Shown here: positions 45,755 to 56,077 of the stretch, piece by piece | Position numbering within the stretch: position 1 is the first letter of the stretch | Layout of the letters: the number at the start of each line of letters is the position of its first letter | Virus record (IMG/VR): IMGVR_UViG_3300046501_000132 | Coordinates: 96,001-160,000 of that record | Strand: one strand, 5' to 3' | Length of the DNA stretch: 64,000 bases | Origin: a virus | Program-made: the position numbers and the translations under genes | The notes under the pieces: generated by a model | Seen by the model: the letters and a program-made list of their open reading frames with translations, nothing else | Told to the model about the DNA's origin: nothing | Databases searched by the model: none

Positions 45755-46840
45755 TTACACCTCGATGTCGAATTTGCGGAATGAAGACAACTCGATGGCT
45801 CGAACCAATTCAACCGGGGCTTCAGTCAGATCAACAACCGCACTCAACTCAACACCCCGCTTCGCGGCGATATAATGAGCAACGAGTTGTGCATACACCC
45901 ACATCAGGTTATTTTCAAGCGGAACGTTGTATTCCAAGAAGGTATGACCCAGATGAGAGATAATCGTGCTCAGAATGAACTCAGGCTCATCGGTCGTGAT
46001 CGCTTCGATATATTGAGCAACCAGATCGCTGAAGAAAGCCTTCCATAGTCGAATCTCAGGGCCGATTAGCGGAACATCACTCTCATCATACGAATTCGTA
46101 TAGTTGGCGGAGATTTCGGTTGCATCATCCGCTTGACCCCGCGAAAAGTCGTATAGGTGGGCATTCGTCACGTGCCAGCGATATGGGCCCAGCTTCAGTT
46201 GAGGGCTGCTCTTCTTGATCTCGTTGTACATCAACTCGTGAAGGAACGAGAACTCAAATGGATTGATCGAGCCGGTACCAAAGATGATGTCGCCACTTCG
46301 CTGAATCACCTTAGTACAGAATTGATCTTCGCCTTCAACGTAGAAGTTGATACCCAAGTTACAGGGTCGATCCTTACCCAGTTCTCCGAAGCCGAACCGC
46401 TCTTCAATTGCCTTGGTCGAATCCTTATGAAGATCATGAATCGTCACATACGCACGGCGGGTATATAGACTATCTCGGATGAACAGATCGGGGATAGACA
46501 CCAACTGATTCTCATCATAGAATCGCGGGCCATAGGCACCGCTCCAAGTCTCACCATCATCCGAATACTGAGGCGCACGCGGGAGGAAGAAAGACAAGTA
46601 AGGATTCACACGATCATCACCGGCCATAACCCAGAAAGTCTCCGCGATTAGAGCGAAGATATTGGATTTGCGACCTTCAAGGTGTAGATGTCGGGATCGG
46701 GGATTGCCTAGCTCAAACGTTACGTCAAAGATAGACGTGCAACCACCGTTACGGGAAGGGCGATAATGGCCCTCATTGATAATTGTATTGAATGCTTCTA
46801 GAACAACTTGTGAAACGGTCCTGCCTCTTACCAGGTGCAT
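45755..46840 (-). CDS. thymidylate-synthase-family enzyme, probable dUMP hydroxymethylase
   Basis: 'YSDDG', 'GAYGPR', 'TRRA', 'PCN', 'QRSGDIIFG...N', 'HLYD'; Asn at the pyrimidine-specificity position. Confidence 0.8.
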   Translation of the reverse strand: MHLVRGRTVSQVVLEAFNTIINEGHYRPSRNGGCTSIFDVTFELGNPRSRHLHLEGRKSNIFALIAETFWVMAGDDRVNPYLSFFLPRAPQYSDDGETWSGAYGPRFYDENQLVSIPDLFIRDSLYTRRAYVTIHDLHKDSTKAIEERFGFGELGKDRPCNLGINFYVEGEDQFCTKVIQRSGDIIFGTGSINPFEFSFLHELMYNEIKKSSPQLKLGPYRWHVTNAHLYDFSRGQADDATEISANYTNSYDESDVPLIGPEIRLWKAFFSDLVAQYIEAITTDEPEFILSTIISHLGHTFLEYNVPLENNLMWVYAQLVAHYIAAKRGVELSAVVDLTEAPVELVRAIELSSFRKFDIEV

Positions 46841-46915
46841 CTTGAACTACTAGCCTCTATGGAAAATTAAAGAACGACTATTCTATATGGATTTTACATC
46901 GAAGTAAAATGAAAC

Positions 46916-47179
46916 TCACTCCACCGTAACAGTCAACGTATCACCGGGTTCGTACATGCGAATCACTTCATAGTCACCTTTGTCTATAAAATTATCACGA
47001 GTCGAATGGAGGATTGATCCATCAGATTCAAACCAAATTACAATATCTCCCTGAATAATAACGGTAGATATACGACCACCTTCTCCAGCATCACGCACCA
47101 GAATCGGGGTACGAGACGGCAAGTCAGACTTACTTGAAGTAAATTTTGAAACGGTAGGCATAGAAATCTTGTAATTCAT
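46916..47179 (-). CDS. hypothetical protein
   Basis: Operon packing. Confidence 0.55.
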   Translation of the reverse strand: MNYKISMPTVSKFTSSKSDLPSRTPILVRDAGEGGRISTVIIQGDIVIWFESDGSILHSTRDNFIDKGDYEVIRMYEPGDTLTVTVE

Positions 47180-47439
47180 TATCAAAAATCCTGTAGATAA
47201 AATTCGATGAAGTCATCCTCTTCCAATTCGAGGATTTGTTTTTGATGGAGGGTATCAACATAATCCCCACCTTCGTCATAAAGGTTCAGCTCATAAGCTA
47301 GACCCTCGTTGAGACGTTTACCATATTGTACTGCCAACTGCTTTGCTCGATCAACCTGCATGCCACTCTATTGAAAATTACAGACAAAAAGAAAGGCGCA
47401 TTAAGCGCCTTTTTGTAAACCACCTAACTACAACCAGAA

Positions 47440-47862
47440 CTACTTCGGTACTGCCGATGCGTCGATCCAGGCGCAGAACTTCGCCCAGAGTGCAAATCCT
47501 TGATCAACAAGGGCCAGCCACATGTCCCAGAAGGAACCGTGGATCACGTGAGCCGTTTCTGGAAACTTTTGGCTGAAGACCATCCATAGCACGAAGAACG
47601 CACCCATGTATAAGAAAAACTTGAGCATCTTGACTTCCGTTCTGAGATCCACACCACCGCCTACGATGTCGGAAACCGAGCTGTCTTGACTACCTTGCCG
47701 TTGAAACGAACCGGGGATCAGGCCATTGCTGATATACAGTTCCCTGATCTGTGCCGCCTTGACGTCTTGAGGCAACCCCGGAGTCTGGATGATCTTCATC
47801 TCAGCATCGCGGATTCGCACTTGTTCGTCGGGGGCGAGGGTATCACCAATGAAATAGGCCAT
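47440..47862 (-). CDS. membrane protein
   Basis: GGAG SD, own promoter 47927-47955, TM helix. Confidence 0.65.
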   Translation of the reverse strand: MAYFIGDTLAPDEQVRIRDAEMKIIQTPGLPQDVKAAQIRELYISNGLIPGSFQRQGSQDSSVSDIVGGGVDLRTEVKMLKFFLYMGAFFVLWMVFSQKFPETAHVIHGSFWDMWLALVDQGFALWAKFCAWIDASAVPK

Positions 47863-48161
47863 GATATATCTCCGATTAGGTAAGAGTCTTACATTCGGCG
47901 GTGTCTCCGCGTTTAACTATGTCTCTATTATAGGGTATTATGGAACAGAAGTAAAGCCCATTTTCTGTTTCTCAGCCTCTAATTCTCTGATTTTCTCTTG
48001 AATCGCCTTACCTGTCTCAACAACCGCCTTTAAATTGAGTTTCAACTGGTCAATCGTCTGTTGACGCGGGTATTCGGGGATAACCCCAGAGCCATACTTA
48101 ATCATATTCACCAAAAATAAAAGGGGCCGAATTCGGCCCCTTGTTAATCCGCCTGAGAGTA

Positions 48162-48908
48162 TCAGGTCGTCGCCAACCAGGACTTGATCGAGTGCTTCAT
48201 CGCACTCGTACCCTTACCGGCAACCCTTCGGTATTGTCCCCACACCGGCATCTTCTTCAAGACGTTCTCCGCTGCATGGGACATCTTCTGGGTCAGACCG
48301 AAGACAGCATCCATATTGGCCATCTTGGCCCGGACTTCTTCAGATCGGCTGGAGTTTTCCACAAACTCAAAGTCGAACTGAGGAAACTCGGACTTGACCG
48401 ATTCGGCCTGGATCGGGAGCAAGCCGATCACCCCCACGCGGAGCTTCTTGGGTGTTGCGGCCTTATGAGCCAACGCCGATTGAACTGCAACCTGTGACGG
48501 TATCAGGTTACTCACCGCTTGCTGAATGTAGCCGTCGATCATCGGCTTCAGATGTTCAAACATCTGCTTCGCCAGAAGTTGAGCCAGGGGTTCCAAGGCA
48601 TTCTTCGCCTTGTCTTCTTCCTGAGCATACTCCGCTTTCTCTTGCTCTTGACGGTCGTGTTCCAACTGGTTCAGGCGCTTACGCAGACGCTTGAACCCTG
48701 CGAGTAGAATCGGTCGCGTTTGAGTCATGTTCATCGAAATACGATGTCGCGACTCCGGGAGCACTTTCCGCATTGCTCCAAATACATCATCGGACTTGAT
48801 CCCCATCAGCGTGGAGGAATGGGTCTCAGCCGGGAACCGACGATGCAGTTCAAAGCAGACCTTATCCCATTCTTCTTGCGTCCAACGGGTCTTCGTACCT
48901 TGCGTCAT
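48162..48908 (-). CDS. protein with coiled coil and C-terminal DUF2325-like domain
   Basis: 'VGVIG...D.V..LT..MSH....G.S' pattern; own promoter 48979-49007. Confidence 0.65.
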   Translation of the reverse strand: MTQGTKTRWTQEEWDKVCFELHRRFPAETHSSTLMGIKSDDVFGAMRKVLPESRHRISMNMTQTRPILLAGFKRLRKRLNQLEHDRQEQEKAEYAQEEDKAKNALEPLAQLLAKQMFEHLKPMIDGYIQQAVSNLIPSQVAVQSALAHKAATPKKLRVGVIGLLPIQAESVKSEFPQFDFEFVENSSRSEEVRAKMANMDAVFGLTQKMSHAAENVLKKMPVWGQYRRVAGKGTSAMKHSIKSWLATT

Positions 48909-49023
48909 GATGTTAGCCTCAGATTTTGTTAAAGATCGTTCTTTGCGGTATCGGGTCTAACTAAGCCCCGATATAAGAATTATACTCTTTTCTGAGGATA
49001 AGGTAAAGCCTTAACTACGTTTT

Positions 49024-49455
49024 TTAGTCTCCGTTAGTCTCGCCCCACCAGTAATCCTGGTTTGCGATATTAAACAGATCGTGATACACATGATCCGTCC
49101 GGAAAACGAAACTACGCTTTTCCAACTTCTTCATGTAGTTGATCATATGCTTCGTCCCTCCCGAGACTCCATCCCAAACGGCAATCAGAGCGTCAGCATA
49201 ATCACCCATAGATTCGTTCCGCTCGAATCCGGCTAACTTATTGTAATGTCCATTAATATACCAATCGGCAGGACAGGACTTAACTGCGACACCATTCGCA
49301 ATTGCCCATTTCTTCCCAAGTCGGTCTGGACCTTCGGCTTCACCGCAAACAACTTCAGCAATAGAAAAGCCCGATAGTTCAACAGCTTGAACGACCAGGC
49401 CATATTGCTTCACGCTGCGGCTTCCGGCAATAATTACCTTCAGCCCTTCGGTCAC
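49024..49455 (-). CDS. SLOG-family (DUF2493/YspA-like) protein
   Basis: 'VIIAGSR', 'V.G.A.G.D.LG..WA', 'AG..RN..M..YADALIA.WDG.S.GT.HMI'. Confidence 0.88.
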   Translation of the reverse strand: MTEGLKVIIAGSRSVKQYGLVVQAVELSGFSIAEVVCGEAEGPDRLGKKWAIANGVAVKSCPADWYINGHYNKLAGFERNESMGDYADALIAVWDGVSGGTKHMINYMKKLEKRSFVFRTDHVYHDLFNIANQDYWWGETNGD

Positions 49456-50903
49456 TTCTTCGCTTTTGCCTTCTTGCGAGTTGCCTTCGATTCAGCAAAG
49501 GATTCCTGCTCGATTGCGGCCTGCTGAATCGCCTTCATCTGTTCCAGTGTATCAGCCTTGGTCTTGTCCAGCCGTTCTTCGATGAAGCGGGGGAGGAAGC
49601 CAGACCAATAACCTTCGGTGTCTTGGCTCGGTTCCATCAGGCCGTTGATCGTGATCGTGATGATCCGCTTACCCAGAAGTTCATCACGACGATTGTAGAT
49701 GTCCAACCGCTCCGCATCCGAAAGCCCCGCCGCGTTACACCGGAACTTCCCGCACTCCGATTCGCACATCAGGGAACCGAACAAATCCTTGTTCTTGGAC
49801 TTGGTGTCTGCAGCCTTGAGTCCGACCAGGCGAACGTCAATGTCCATCTGGAGCTTAATCTTGACTTGATCCTTGGATCCGTCCGAATCTTGCCAAATGC
49901 CATCCGGGTGCTTGACTACGGTTCCTTCCAGCCCGCGCTCCATTGCGTTCTTAGCATGCAGGCGAGCTTCCTTGACCGAATAGACAAGCTTGTATTCGAT
50001 CAGCTTGACCGCGCTTTGCCCCGCTGCGCCGATGAAGGCTTCCAGCTGTGCGATACGCTTCACGCGCGGTACGTTGTACTTGTTCTTCGGCTTGAACTCA
50101 TCAATTGGGATGATGTCCCAGGCGTGATACTCGATTCGATAGCCCGGTTCCAGTTCACCGTCTTGGAGCAGAGAGTTGAATTTACCATTGCCTTCTTGCC
50201 GGGGAAGCATCTTGCCGTCCTTGAACAGCAGAAGTTCTCCGTGGAGCACGAAGCCTTCGGGGACGTGGTGCTTCACTACCGTCACGACATCACCGAAGTA
50301 ATCCAACGGCATCGGTGAACCGTTGCGGCTTTCGATAGAGACGGCGCCGCCCTTGTGATGGTAGACGTTGGCGAACTGACCATCAGCCTTGATTTCAGAG
50401 TATACCCCACGTTCCCACGGCCAAGCGTCCAGATTTGCTTCGGCGGGAAGCGTACACCGCATGTACGGGATATTGGTGATCAGACCAGGCCAGACCTTGT
50501 TAATCGATCCGGTGGAGACCCCTGCCTTGACGTCGCGCTGAATCAGCAGTTGTAGTAGTTCCTTAGACCAATCACTGTCCATATCGGCGTAGAGATTCGT
50601 CAACCATGTCTTGGCCGCGTTACCGGTCAGATCACGCTTGGCGAGGGTGTCGTACACTTCCGCCATAACGTCAAACGTAAATTCGTTCGGCTCACCAGTC
50701 AGGTTGTCGAAATACGCGACTTTGCCTTTGGCAACCTTGGTATCCACCTTCCTCTGATAGAAGTTGATACGAGGTTCATAGGCCATCCGGAGATACGCTT
50801 TCAGGTCGGCGTCGTCCTTGTTGGCCTGGAGGATCGCCAACTTGTCGTTACTACTGTTCGTTGCACGCAGTTGCGTGAGTACGTCAAATACTTGTTTCAT
50901 CAT
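49452..50903 (-). CDS. gp30: ATP-dependent DNA ligase (gp30-like)
   Basis: Motif I 'EIKADG', 'SRNG', 'GEL', 'EG.VVK', 'K.K', 'FLPRF...R.DK'. Confidence 0.95.
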   Translation of the reverse strand: MMKQVFDVLTQLRATNSSNDKLAILQANKDDADLKAYLRMAYEPRINFYQRKVDTKVAKGKVAYFDNLTGEPNEFTFDVMAEVYDTLAKRDLTGNAAKTWLTNLYADMDSDWSKELLQLLIQRDVKAGVSTGSINKVWPGLITNIPYMRCTLPAEANLDAWPWERGVYSEIKADGQFANVYHHKGGAVSIESRNGSPMPLDYFGDVVTVVKHHVPEGFVLHGELLLFKDGKMLPRQEGNGKFNSLLQDGELEPGYRIEYHAWDIIPIDEFKPKNKYNVPRVKRIAQLEAFIGAAGQSAVKLIEYKLVYSVKEARLHAKNAMERGLEGTVVKHPDGIWQDSDGSKDQVKIKLQMDIDVRLVGLKAADTKSKNKDLFGSLMCESECGKFRCNAAGLSDAERLDIYNRRDELLGKRIITITINGLMEPSQDTEGYWSGFLPRFIEERLDKTKADTLEQMKAIQQAAIEQESFAESKATRKKAKAKK

Positions 50904-50967
50904 TTTCCTAGTATGAGAATCCCTTACCGATATTATAGATGGATTCTCAGATGAAGTAAAGGGATCG

Positions 50968-51162
50968 TCAGAGGCTATATGCAGGGTATTTGAAATCCGG
51001 ACATTCCTCTTGAGTATTTCCACGAACCTCACTGCAAGTGGGGAAGTCGGATACAGGAATGGTCGCCTTTTGGGTCACAGGATGGTATACCTGCGCTTGA
51101 GTACAACGCGCCTCACTAATCAAACCGCGCTTGCGAAAAGCACACTCATTACAATAGTTCAT
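50968..51162 (-). CDS. small Cys-rich protein
   Basis: CxxC...C...C...C. Confidence 0.55.
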   Translation of the reverse strand: MNYCNECAFRKRGLISEARCTQAQVYHPVTQKATIPVSDFPTCSEVRGNTQEECPDFKYPAYSL

Positions 51163-51502
51163 ACGCCTTCATTTTATCAAGCCAGTGATAATTCCATTCA
51201 AGAATTGCCTGACGGAAATTGTCGAAAGCCTTGTCGCGTTTCTCATTAGTTCCAAATACCATAGAACCGGAGCGGAATGCCCGGTCCTCTTGGGAGGCGC
51301 CCAGCAACCATACACGTTCAGTTTGAATATCCATCACCGAACGGGAGATCACCTCATAACCGTTTGAGGCTTTGAATATATAGTATTCTCCGTCATCATC
51401 CCCATACCATTTGGTTTCAGGATGTTGCCAGATGATATCAAACGTCAGACGTTTCGTGGTGCGGATGAGTCGATAATGAATTAGTTCAAGTTCAGCTTCC
51501 AT
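51149..51502 (-). CDS. hypothetical protein
   Basis: AAGGA SD. Confidence 0.65.
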   Translation of the reverse strand: MEAELELIHYRLIRTTKRLTFDIIWQHPETKWYGDDDGEYYIFKASNGYEVISRSVMDIQTERVWLLGASQEDRAFRSGSMVFGTNEKRDKAFDNFRQAILEWNYHWLDKMKAYELL

Positions 51503-51736
51503 TTCCTTTAGACATAAAAAAAGCCCTCAAGACTTCTGAGGGCAAGGGACGACGATCTTGGAATTACCAGCGCCGGTCAATTTCGATCACGCGGCTATCC
51601 CAATATACAGTTACATTATACAAGCGATACTTTCCCCGCTTCCAGAAGTGCCAAGTGCCTTCGGTGGGTGCATTTTCGATCCAACCCCACTTAGGATTAC
51701 CAAGCCTGCGTAATGCGCGAATGAATTTATCGTCTC

Positions 51737-51964
51737 TCATGATTCCACCCGTTTGAAGTTCCTGTCGAGAATAAGCACTTCAATTTCGTCCGGAATCTCG
51801 TAAGTCAACTCCGGATACCAACGATCCAACATTTGGAACAACTGGTCCCACTCCGGATATTCCACAACCAAAGAGAACCTGCCTTCCCTGATGACCGCTC
51901 TGGCTTGTTCGCGTGCGGGCCGATAAGCCCGGTATACAACAGACGCGAAGCTAACTGTTTTCAT
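51737..51964 (-). CDS. hypothetical protein
   Basis: GGAG SD. Confidence 0.6.
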   Translation of the reverse strand: MKTVSFASVVYRAYRPAREQARAVIREGRFSLVVEYPEWDQLFQMLDRWYPELTYEIPDEIEVLILDRNFKRVES

Positions 51965-52059
51965 GAGTTCTCTCCACCCTAGGTGAGCCGTAGAGCGTTA
52001 GAAACGCTTCGGGGCTACCGGAGTATAGGCGAGTCGTTTTAAGCCCGCCTATACTCCGT

Positions 52060-52299
52060 TTATACGGGAAGCCGCGCCAGCTTCACCTCACAAGGAATTG
52101 CGCCGTTTCCAGAATCAAATTGGTTCATGCGTTCCAACAGGACCGAGACGCTGATCCTGGAGGTATTGTTGATTGACACATCCAACAACACAAATTCCTC
52201 TATGTTTGGCGCGCAAACAATGATGTAATCTCGGTCCTTCATCTTGAAGGCGGTGCCAATGGCTAGATCACTCTTTTCCCAAAGATACTTGATCTTCAT
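52060..52299 (-). CDS. hypothetical protein
   Basis: TAATG-coupled. Confidence 0.6.
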   Translation of the reverse strand: MKIKYLWEKSDLAIGTAFKMKDRDYIIVCAPNIEEFVLLDVSINNTSRISVSVLLERMNQFDSGNGAIPCEVKLARLPV

Positions 52300-52604
52300 T
52301 ATTCGATCCTGAAGTTGCCGGATTCGAGCAGAAGTGCGAATTCAGCGCGCGTGTACATTGCTGTAGGATTGCCAACTTCACGCAGATGTTGGATCACTTG
52401 GCTGTATTCCAGGTCTTGATAGACGTGGCTCTCATCGTAATACAGCGGACAAGAATCACGAGTCAGCGTAATACGAATACCACCATAGTTGTCTCCGCAT
52501 CGCAGGACTTCCATCTTGGAGGTTTCCGGATTTCTCAAGACGAATCGGTCACCATCATTAGCTTTCATTACCGACTGTGGAGTCAGTTCAATCAATTGAC
52601 GCAT
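52299..52604 (-). CDS. hypothetical protein
   Basis: First gene after promoter 52629-52657. Confidence 0.65.
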   Translation of the reverse strand: MRQLIELTPQSVMKANDGDRFVLRNPETSKMEVLRCGDNYGGIRITLTRDSCPLYYDESHVYQDLEYSQVIQHLREVGNPTAMYTRAEFALLLESGNFRIE

Positions 52605-52660
52605 TTCTTTCCCCTATGGATTACAGCGATTATAGATCCATAGTATGGGAAAGTAAAGTC

Positions 52661-53203
52661 CTATTCTATGAACCATTCTGGTGGATCACAATTAGTCCAG
52701 GTTGCTATTTCTCGCTTCTCACCCCGATAATAGGCGCGGTAGGATAACACCACATTGGCCTGATGATATTTGAGAGGCATACATCTTGGAGGAACAGTGA
52801 AACCGATGTCAGGAAGATTCTTGGGGGCTTTGGCTAATAACTTACCCAATTTGATGATCGTCGCGTGATCCTTATCTTTGTTATATCGCCTCACGAACTC
52901 ACGGTTGAGTTCCATCATTAACTCATATACCCAAAAGTAATTCTGAGTTGACTCCCTCACCCAAATCGCGCAAGGGTGATTGATGTGCGTTGCAGAATAG
53001 AGAAACGTCTCATATCGAATATCGGGATGCACCCATGACTTGGTCTTACCACCATCGATCGTCCGGATAATCTGAGTTCCATCAAGAACTCGGTGTGCCG
53101 TACAGAGTAGTTGAGCCGACTCCAGTATCATCTTGATCACGTGACGATCGCAATGATACCGGGCCGCTTCTATTGGAGCACTTGCTAGGAAGAATATGTT
53201 CAC
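52661..53203 (-). CDS. pyrimidine-dimer DNA glycosylase/endonuclease V-like protein
   Basis: 'MNIF.L....AA.YHCD.HV.KMILE.AQLL.TAH', 'TH.NHPC..W', 'YR.YY...K..A.W'. Confidence 0.85.
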   Translation of the reverse strand: MNIFFLASAPIEAARYHCDRHVIKMILESAQLLCTAHRVLDGTQIIRTIDGGKTKSWVHPDIRYETFLYSATHINHPCAIWVRESTQNYFWVYELMMELNREFVRRYNKDKDHATIIKLGKLLAKAPKNLPDIGFTVPPRCMPLKYHQANVVLSYRAYYRGEKREIATWTNCDPPEWFIE

Positions 53204-53577
53204 ATTGAGTTACGCACATCAATAATGCGTCCCTCTTTATTGATGATCATATTGAAATGGGACTCAGCTACTTCAAGTCCCAGACCATCCATTGCCTTTT
53301 TGTGAACATGGATGCGGAGCTTCACAATGCGAGCGGATTGCTCCATACACAAAATCACTTCAGGCTCTAAGACGAATTGACCAATTATAAGCAACTCCTC
53401 ATGTGGAGTCACATACTGACGCGCGTAACCTAATATAAGGGCCAGACGCGCCATTATCCCCTTGAAAGTCCGGGTAGAGCTACTGCGGCGGACAATTTCA
53501 ATTGCCCGCTCGTTCATCAAAGGCAAGGGAAACTTATTTGAGTCACCCAGCAACTCCCAGAAGTTACCTTCATTCAT
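53200..53577 (-). CDS. hypothetical protein
   Basis: Coupled to downstream gene. Confidence 0.55.
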   Translation of the reverse strand: MNEGNFWELLGDSNKFPLPLMNERAIEIVRRSSSTRTFKGIMARLALILGYARQYVTPHEELLIIGQFVLEPEVILCMEQSARIVKLRIHVHKKAMDGLGLEVAESHFNMIINKEGRIIDVRNSM

Positions 53578-53681
53578 GTCTCACCCCATTTGGTTTCGAT
53601 AGACAAAAAAGAAGGGTGACGCCTCCGCCCTGGAAACGTCACCCGTCAAAATGGCCTAACACAGCCGCAAAGAAAACGATC

Positions 53682-53951
53682 TTACTTGATGGCCCTGAGA
53701 ACCTTCTTGGCCCAGCGGGCTTCTTCCCCGTTCCAGCGTTTGAGATTTAGCATCAAGTATATGATGTTAGTCTTCACGCCTTCTACCCCATATTCACTAT
53801 ACGCGCGCTCCATGCCTAAGGCATAGGATTGAGCGTATATATCGACCTTGGAGCTCACCATCGCAGCCGTAAGGGCTTTGATTTGATCTGCTGTGAATCC
53901 GTCGCGCAATAGATTCTGAGCGAGGGGTTGGGTCAACAGAACGCCATCCAT
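53682..53951 (-). CDS. hypothetical protein
   Basis: GGGAG SD; promoter 53979-54007; 'Y.L.NL..W.GE.AR..K.VL'. Confidence 0.7.
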   Translation of the reverse strand: MDGVLLTQPLAQNLLRDGFTADQIKALTAAMVSSKVDIYAQSYALGMERAYSEYGVEGVKTNIIYLMLNLKRWNGEEARWAKKVLRAIK

Positions 53952-54127
53952 GTAAAAACTCTCCCTGAGCGTAAGACTATTCTAGTCCGGTTCCTATCGG
54001 AAGTAAACCCTAGATTTCCGACAGATCATACCAATCTTCTTGCGCCTCGCGCCGCTTTTTCTTGTCCTTCTTGCCGGTGTTATGCCGACCTGGTTTCACA
54101 TGCAGAAGGGTTTCGAACAATTCTCGA

Positions 54128-54352
54128 TTACGCGGGCTGGGTGCTTTCTTTTTGCGCTTGCTCATACAATTTCTCATTCAAATAAACTGCGTGGAACGCG
54201 GCGCGGTCACGTGCTTCACGCACCACCTTGGTATTTGGCTTGGATACTTGCTCCACGCGCCAGATTCCGCCTTTGAAGTAGATGCGGGGTCGTTGTTCAA
54301 TCGTCAGGGGCCAGCGATACGCTCCCATCATAATTACTTGTGCCATGCTCAT
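54128..54352 (-). CDS. hypothetical protein
   Basis: AGGGG SD; follows 54358. Confidence 0.55.
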   Translation of the reverse strand: MSMAQVIMMGAYRWPLTIEQRPRIYFKGGIWRVEQVSKPNTKVVREARDRAAFHAVYLNEKLYEQAQKESTQPA

Positions 54353-54357
54353 TCCCC

Positions 54358-55506
54358 TTAATAGACCCGGCAGCGGGTCAGTACGGTTTGTTTGGTGCCC
54401 CGGAACTCATCATGCTTCTTGACGGTTCCGGTCAGGTTCACCACGGCGTCAATCTCACCGATATTCCGGGAAGCGAACCAGGTGAACTTGTTACCTTTCT
54501 CGTCCGCCAGCCCGTAGATATAAGTATAACCGTAAGCCCCCTCAGAAACCGTCAGGCGTGTGATACGCAGGCCTTTCAGGTCCAGCCTAGCCCCTACGGT
54601 CCCCTGATGCTCTGAGGCGCTCTGCTGAGCTTCCCGCGCGTCAGCCAAGTCCTTCATCCAAACCATCACAGCCGCCGCGATATAGCCGAACAGCTTGGGA
54701 CGGCAGATTTCAGATTGGAGAGCCAGTTGGACGTTGTGGATGAAGTCGTTGCCGACCGAAGACTTGGCTAGCATGTGGGGGATAAAACCTGAGAGTTCAA
54801 CCCGCAGGTTGTCCATATCAATCCCCTTATACATTTCCGCCTCGCGTTTGCGACCAGGATTGATATCGCTGGATGTCGGCGGCGTACCTGTTTCTTCGGA
54901 CTTAGATTTGGACACAAATCCGCATTGCTTGATGGACACGTAGGCATCCATGATCGCGCGGTCGGTATAATAAACGTGCCATTGGGCAGGAATATCGCCG
55001 TCAAACTCATCATCGCCGCTGAGCTCTGCGATTTTGTTCATGTAGGCGATCAGCGACTCCACATCCACCGAAGGGAGGAAGTCTTTGAGGCAGGTCGCGC
55101 CGACCATCATTTGGCGCCCATCCTCGTGAACGATCCAATAGGCATTCTTCTTGAGGCGGCGGGATTGGCAGTGGTCGCAGTAGAGCGGCTGCACGCGCAG
55201 CCCTTCCTTGAGTTCGTGTCCGGGCGTCGTGAATACGTAATTCTGACCGGCGATGTCCGAAGGTTGAACCTTGGAGTGGATCGACCAACCGGCCAGGCGC
55301 GGCACGTCGCCTTGAATCTCAAGCTTGACGTACTCCACTTTGATCATGATGGCGCGGCCTTCCTCATCCACACCAACCGCACGCTCTTCAACGCCTTCCT
55401 CAGTTACCTGATATGTGATCAGGGGGAGGTTCCACTTGGCTGCCTTCTTATTGAACTTAGCAACCTTAGCCTCAAACTCAGGGAGACGGAAAGCCAGGAT
55501 TTTCAT
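54358..55506 (-). CDS. conserved phage protein with zinc finger and C-terminal OB-fold
   Basis: 'CDHC...R','VG..CL.DF', 'H.G.VG.R', 'GTVKKH.E.RG.KQT.LTRC'; promoter 55550-55578. Confidence 0.75.
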   Translation of the reverse strand: MKILAFRLPEFEAKVAKFNKKAAKWNLPLITYQVTEEGVEERAVGVDEEGRAIMIKVEYVKLEIQGDVPRLAGWSIHSKVQPSDIAGQNYVFTTPGHELKEGLRVQPLYCDHCQSRRLKKNAYWIVHEDGRQMMVGATCLKDFLPSVDVESLIAYMNKIAELSGDDEFDGDIPAQWHVYYTDRAIMDAYVSIKQCGFVSKSKSEETGTPPTSSDINPGRKREAEMYKGIDMDNLRVELSGFIPHMLAKSSVGNDFIHNVQLALQSEICRPKLFGYIAAAVMVWMKDLADAREAQQSASEHQGTVGARLDLKGLRITRLTVSEGAYGYTYIYGLADEKGNKFTWFASRNIGEIDAVVNLTGTVKKHDEFRGTKQTVLTRCRVY

Positions 55507-55582
55507 TTCAGAGTCCTATCGAGTTAGTGTTGTATCGAACTATGAATCTATTATACGATAGGACTCTGAAAAAGTAAAGCCC

Positions 55583-56077
55583 TTATGAGGAAATATTTTC
55601 AACACCCAGCAGCGCAATTTCCCGCTCACCAATTTCTGCTGCACGTTTGGCGAGTCGGCGGGCGCGGGCTAAGGCTTCCTCACGTTCCGCTTTGACCATA
55701 CAATGGTGGTTGAACCCTTTGAGCACCTGCTCCGACAATTTCTCGTGGAGCCACCACTCTCCCTCCAGCCGATAGGTAGCCCGAACGGTTTGAGGGCGAC
55801 CATCAAGTGCATCGCCGTCCCAAACGACAAGTAGGATATAATCCGGGCTGTCGTCATCAGCAGGATGCAGCGAGACTTCGATGCAATCCTGGTAGGTGCT
55901 CGTTGAATTCGGGTTCTTGAAGTCTTCAATCAGCCGCCAGTCATTGGGCCTGTCGTAGTTGGTGACATCCATCAACTTGCCCTTGAGAACAAGTTCCCGG
56001 AAGACACGAGCGTGATGATAGCCGGTGAGATAGGCGGAACCGATAACGGCCAAACGCTTCTGAATATCGTTCCTCAC
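55583..56077 (-). CDS. hypothetical protein
   Basis: GGAGG SD, GTGA coupling. Confidence 0.65.
   Translation of the reverse strand: MRNDIQKRLAVIGSAYLTGYHHARVFRELVLKGKLMDVTNYDRPNDWRLIEDFKNPNSTSTYQDCIEVSLHPADDDSPDYILLVVWDGDALDGRPQTVRATYRLEGEWWLHEKLSEQVLKGFNHHCMVKAEREEALARARRLAKRAAEIGEREIALLGVENISS

Noticed and set aside
50904-51032. 43-aa N-terminal extension of DNA ligase in the ORF track
   Set aside because: It spans the ligase's own promoter (50932-50960); the AGGA SD supports a start at 50903.
53655-53664. CCTAACACAG resembling the leader motif
   Set aside because: Opposite orientation to local transcription and only a partial match.
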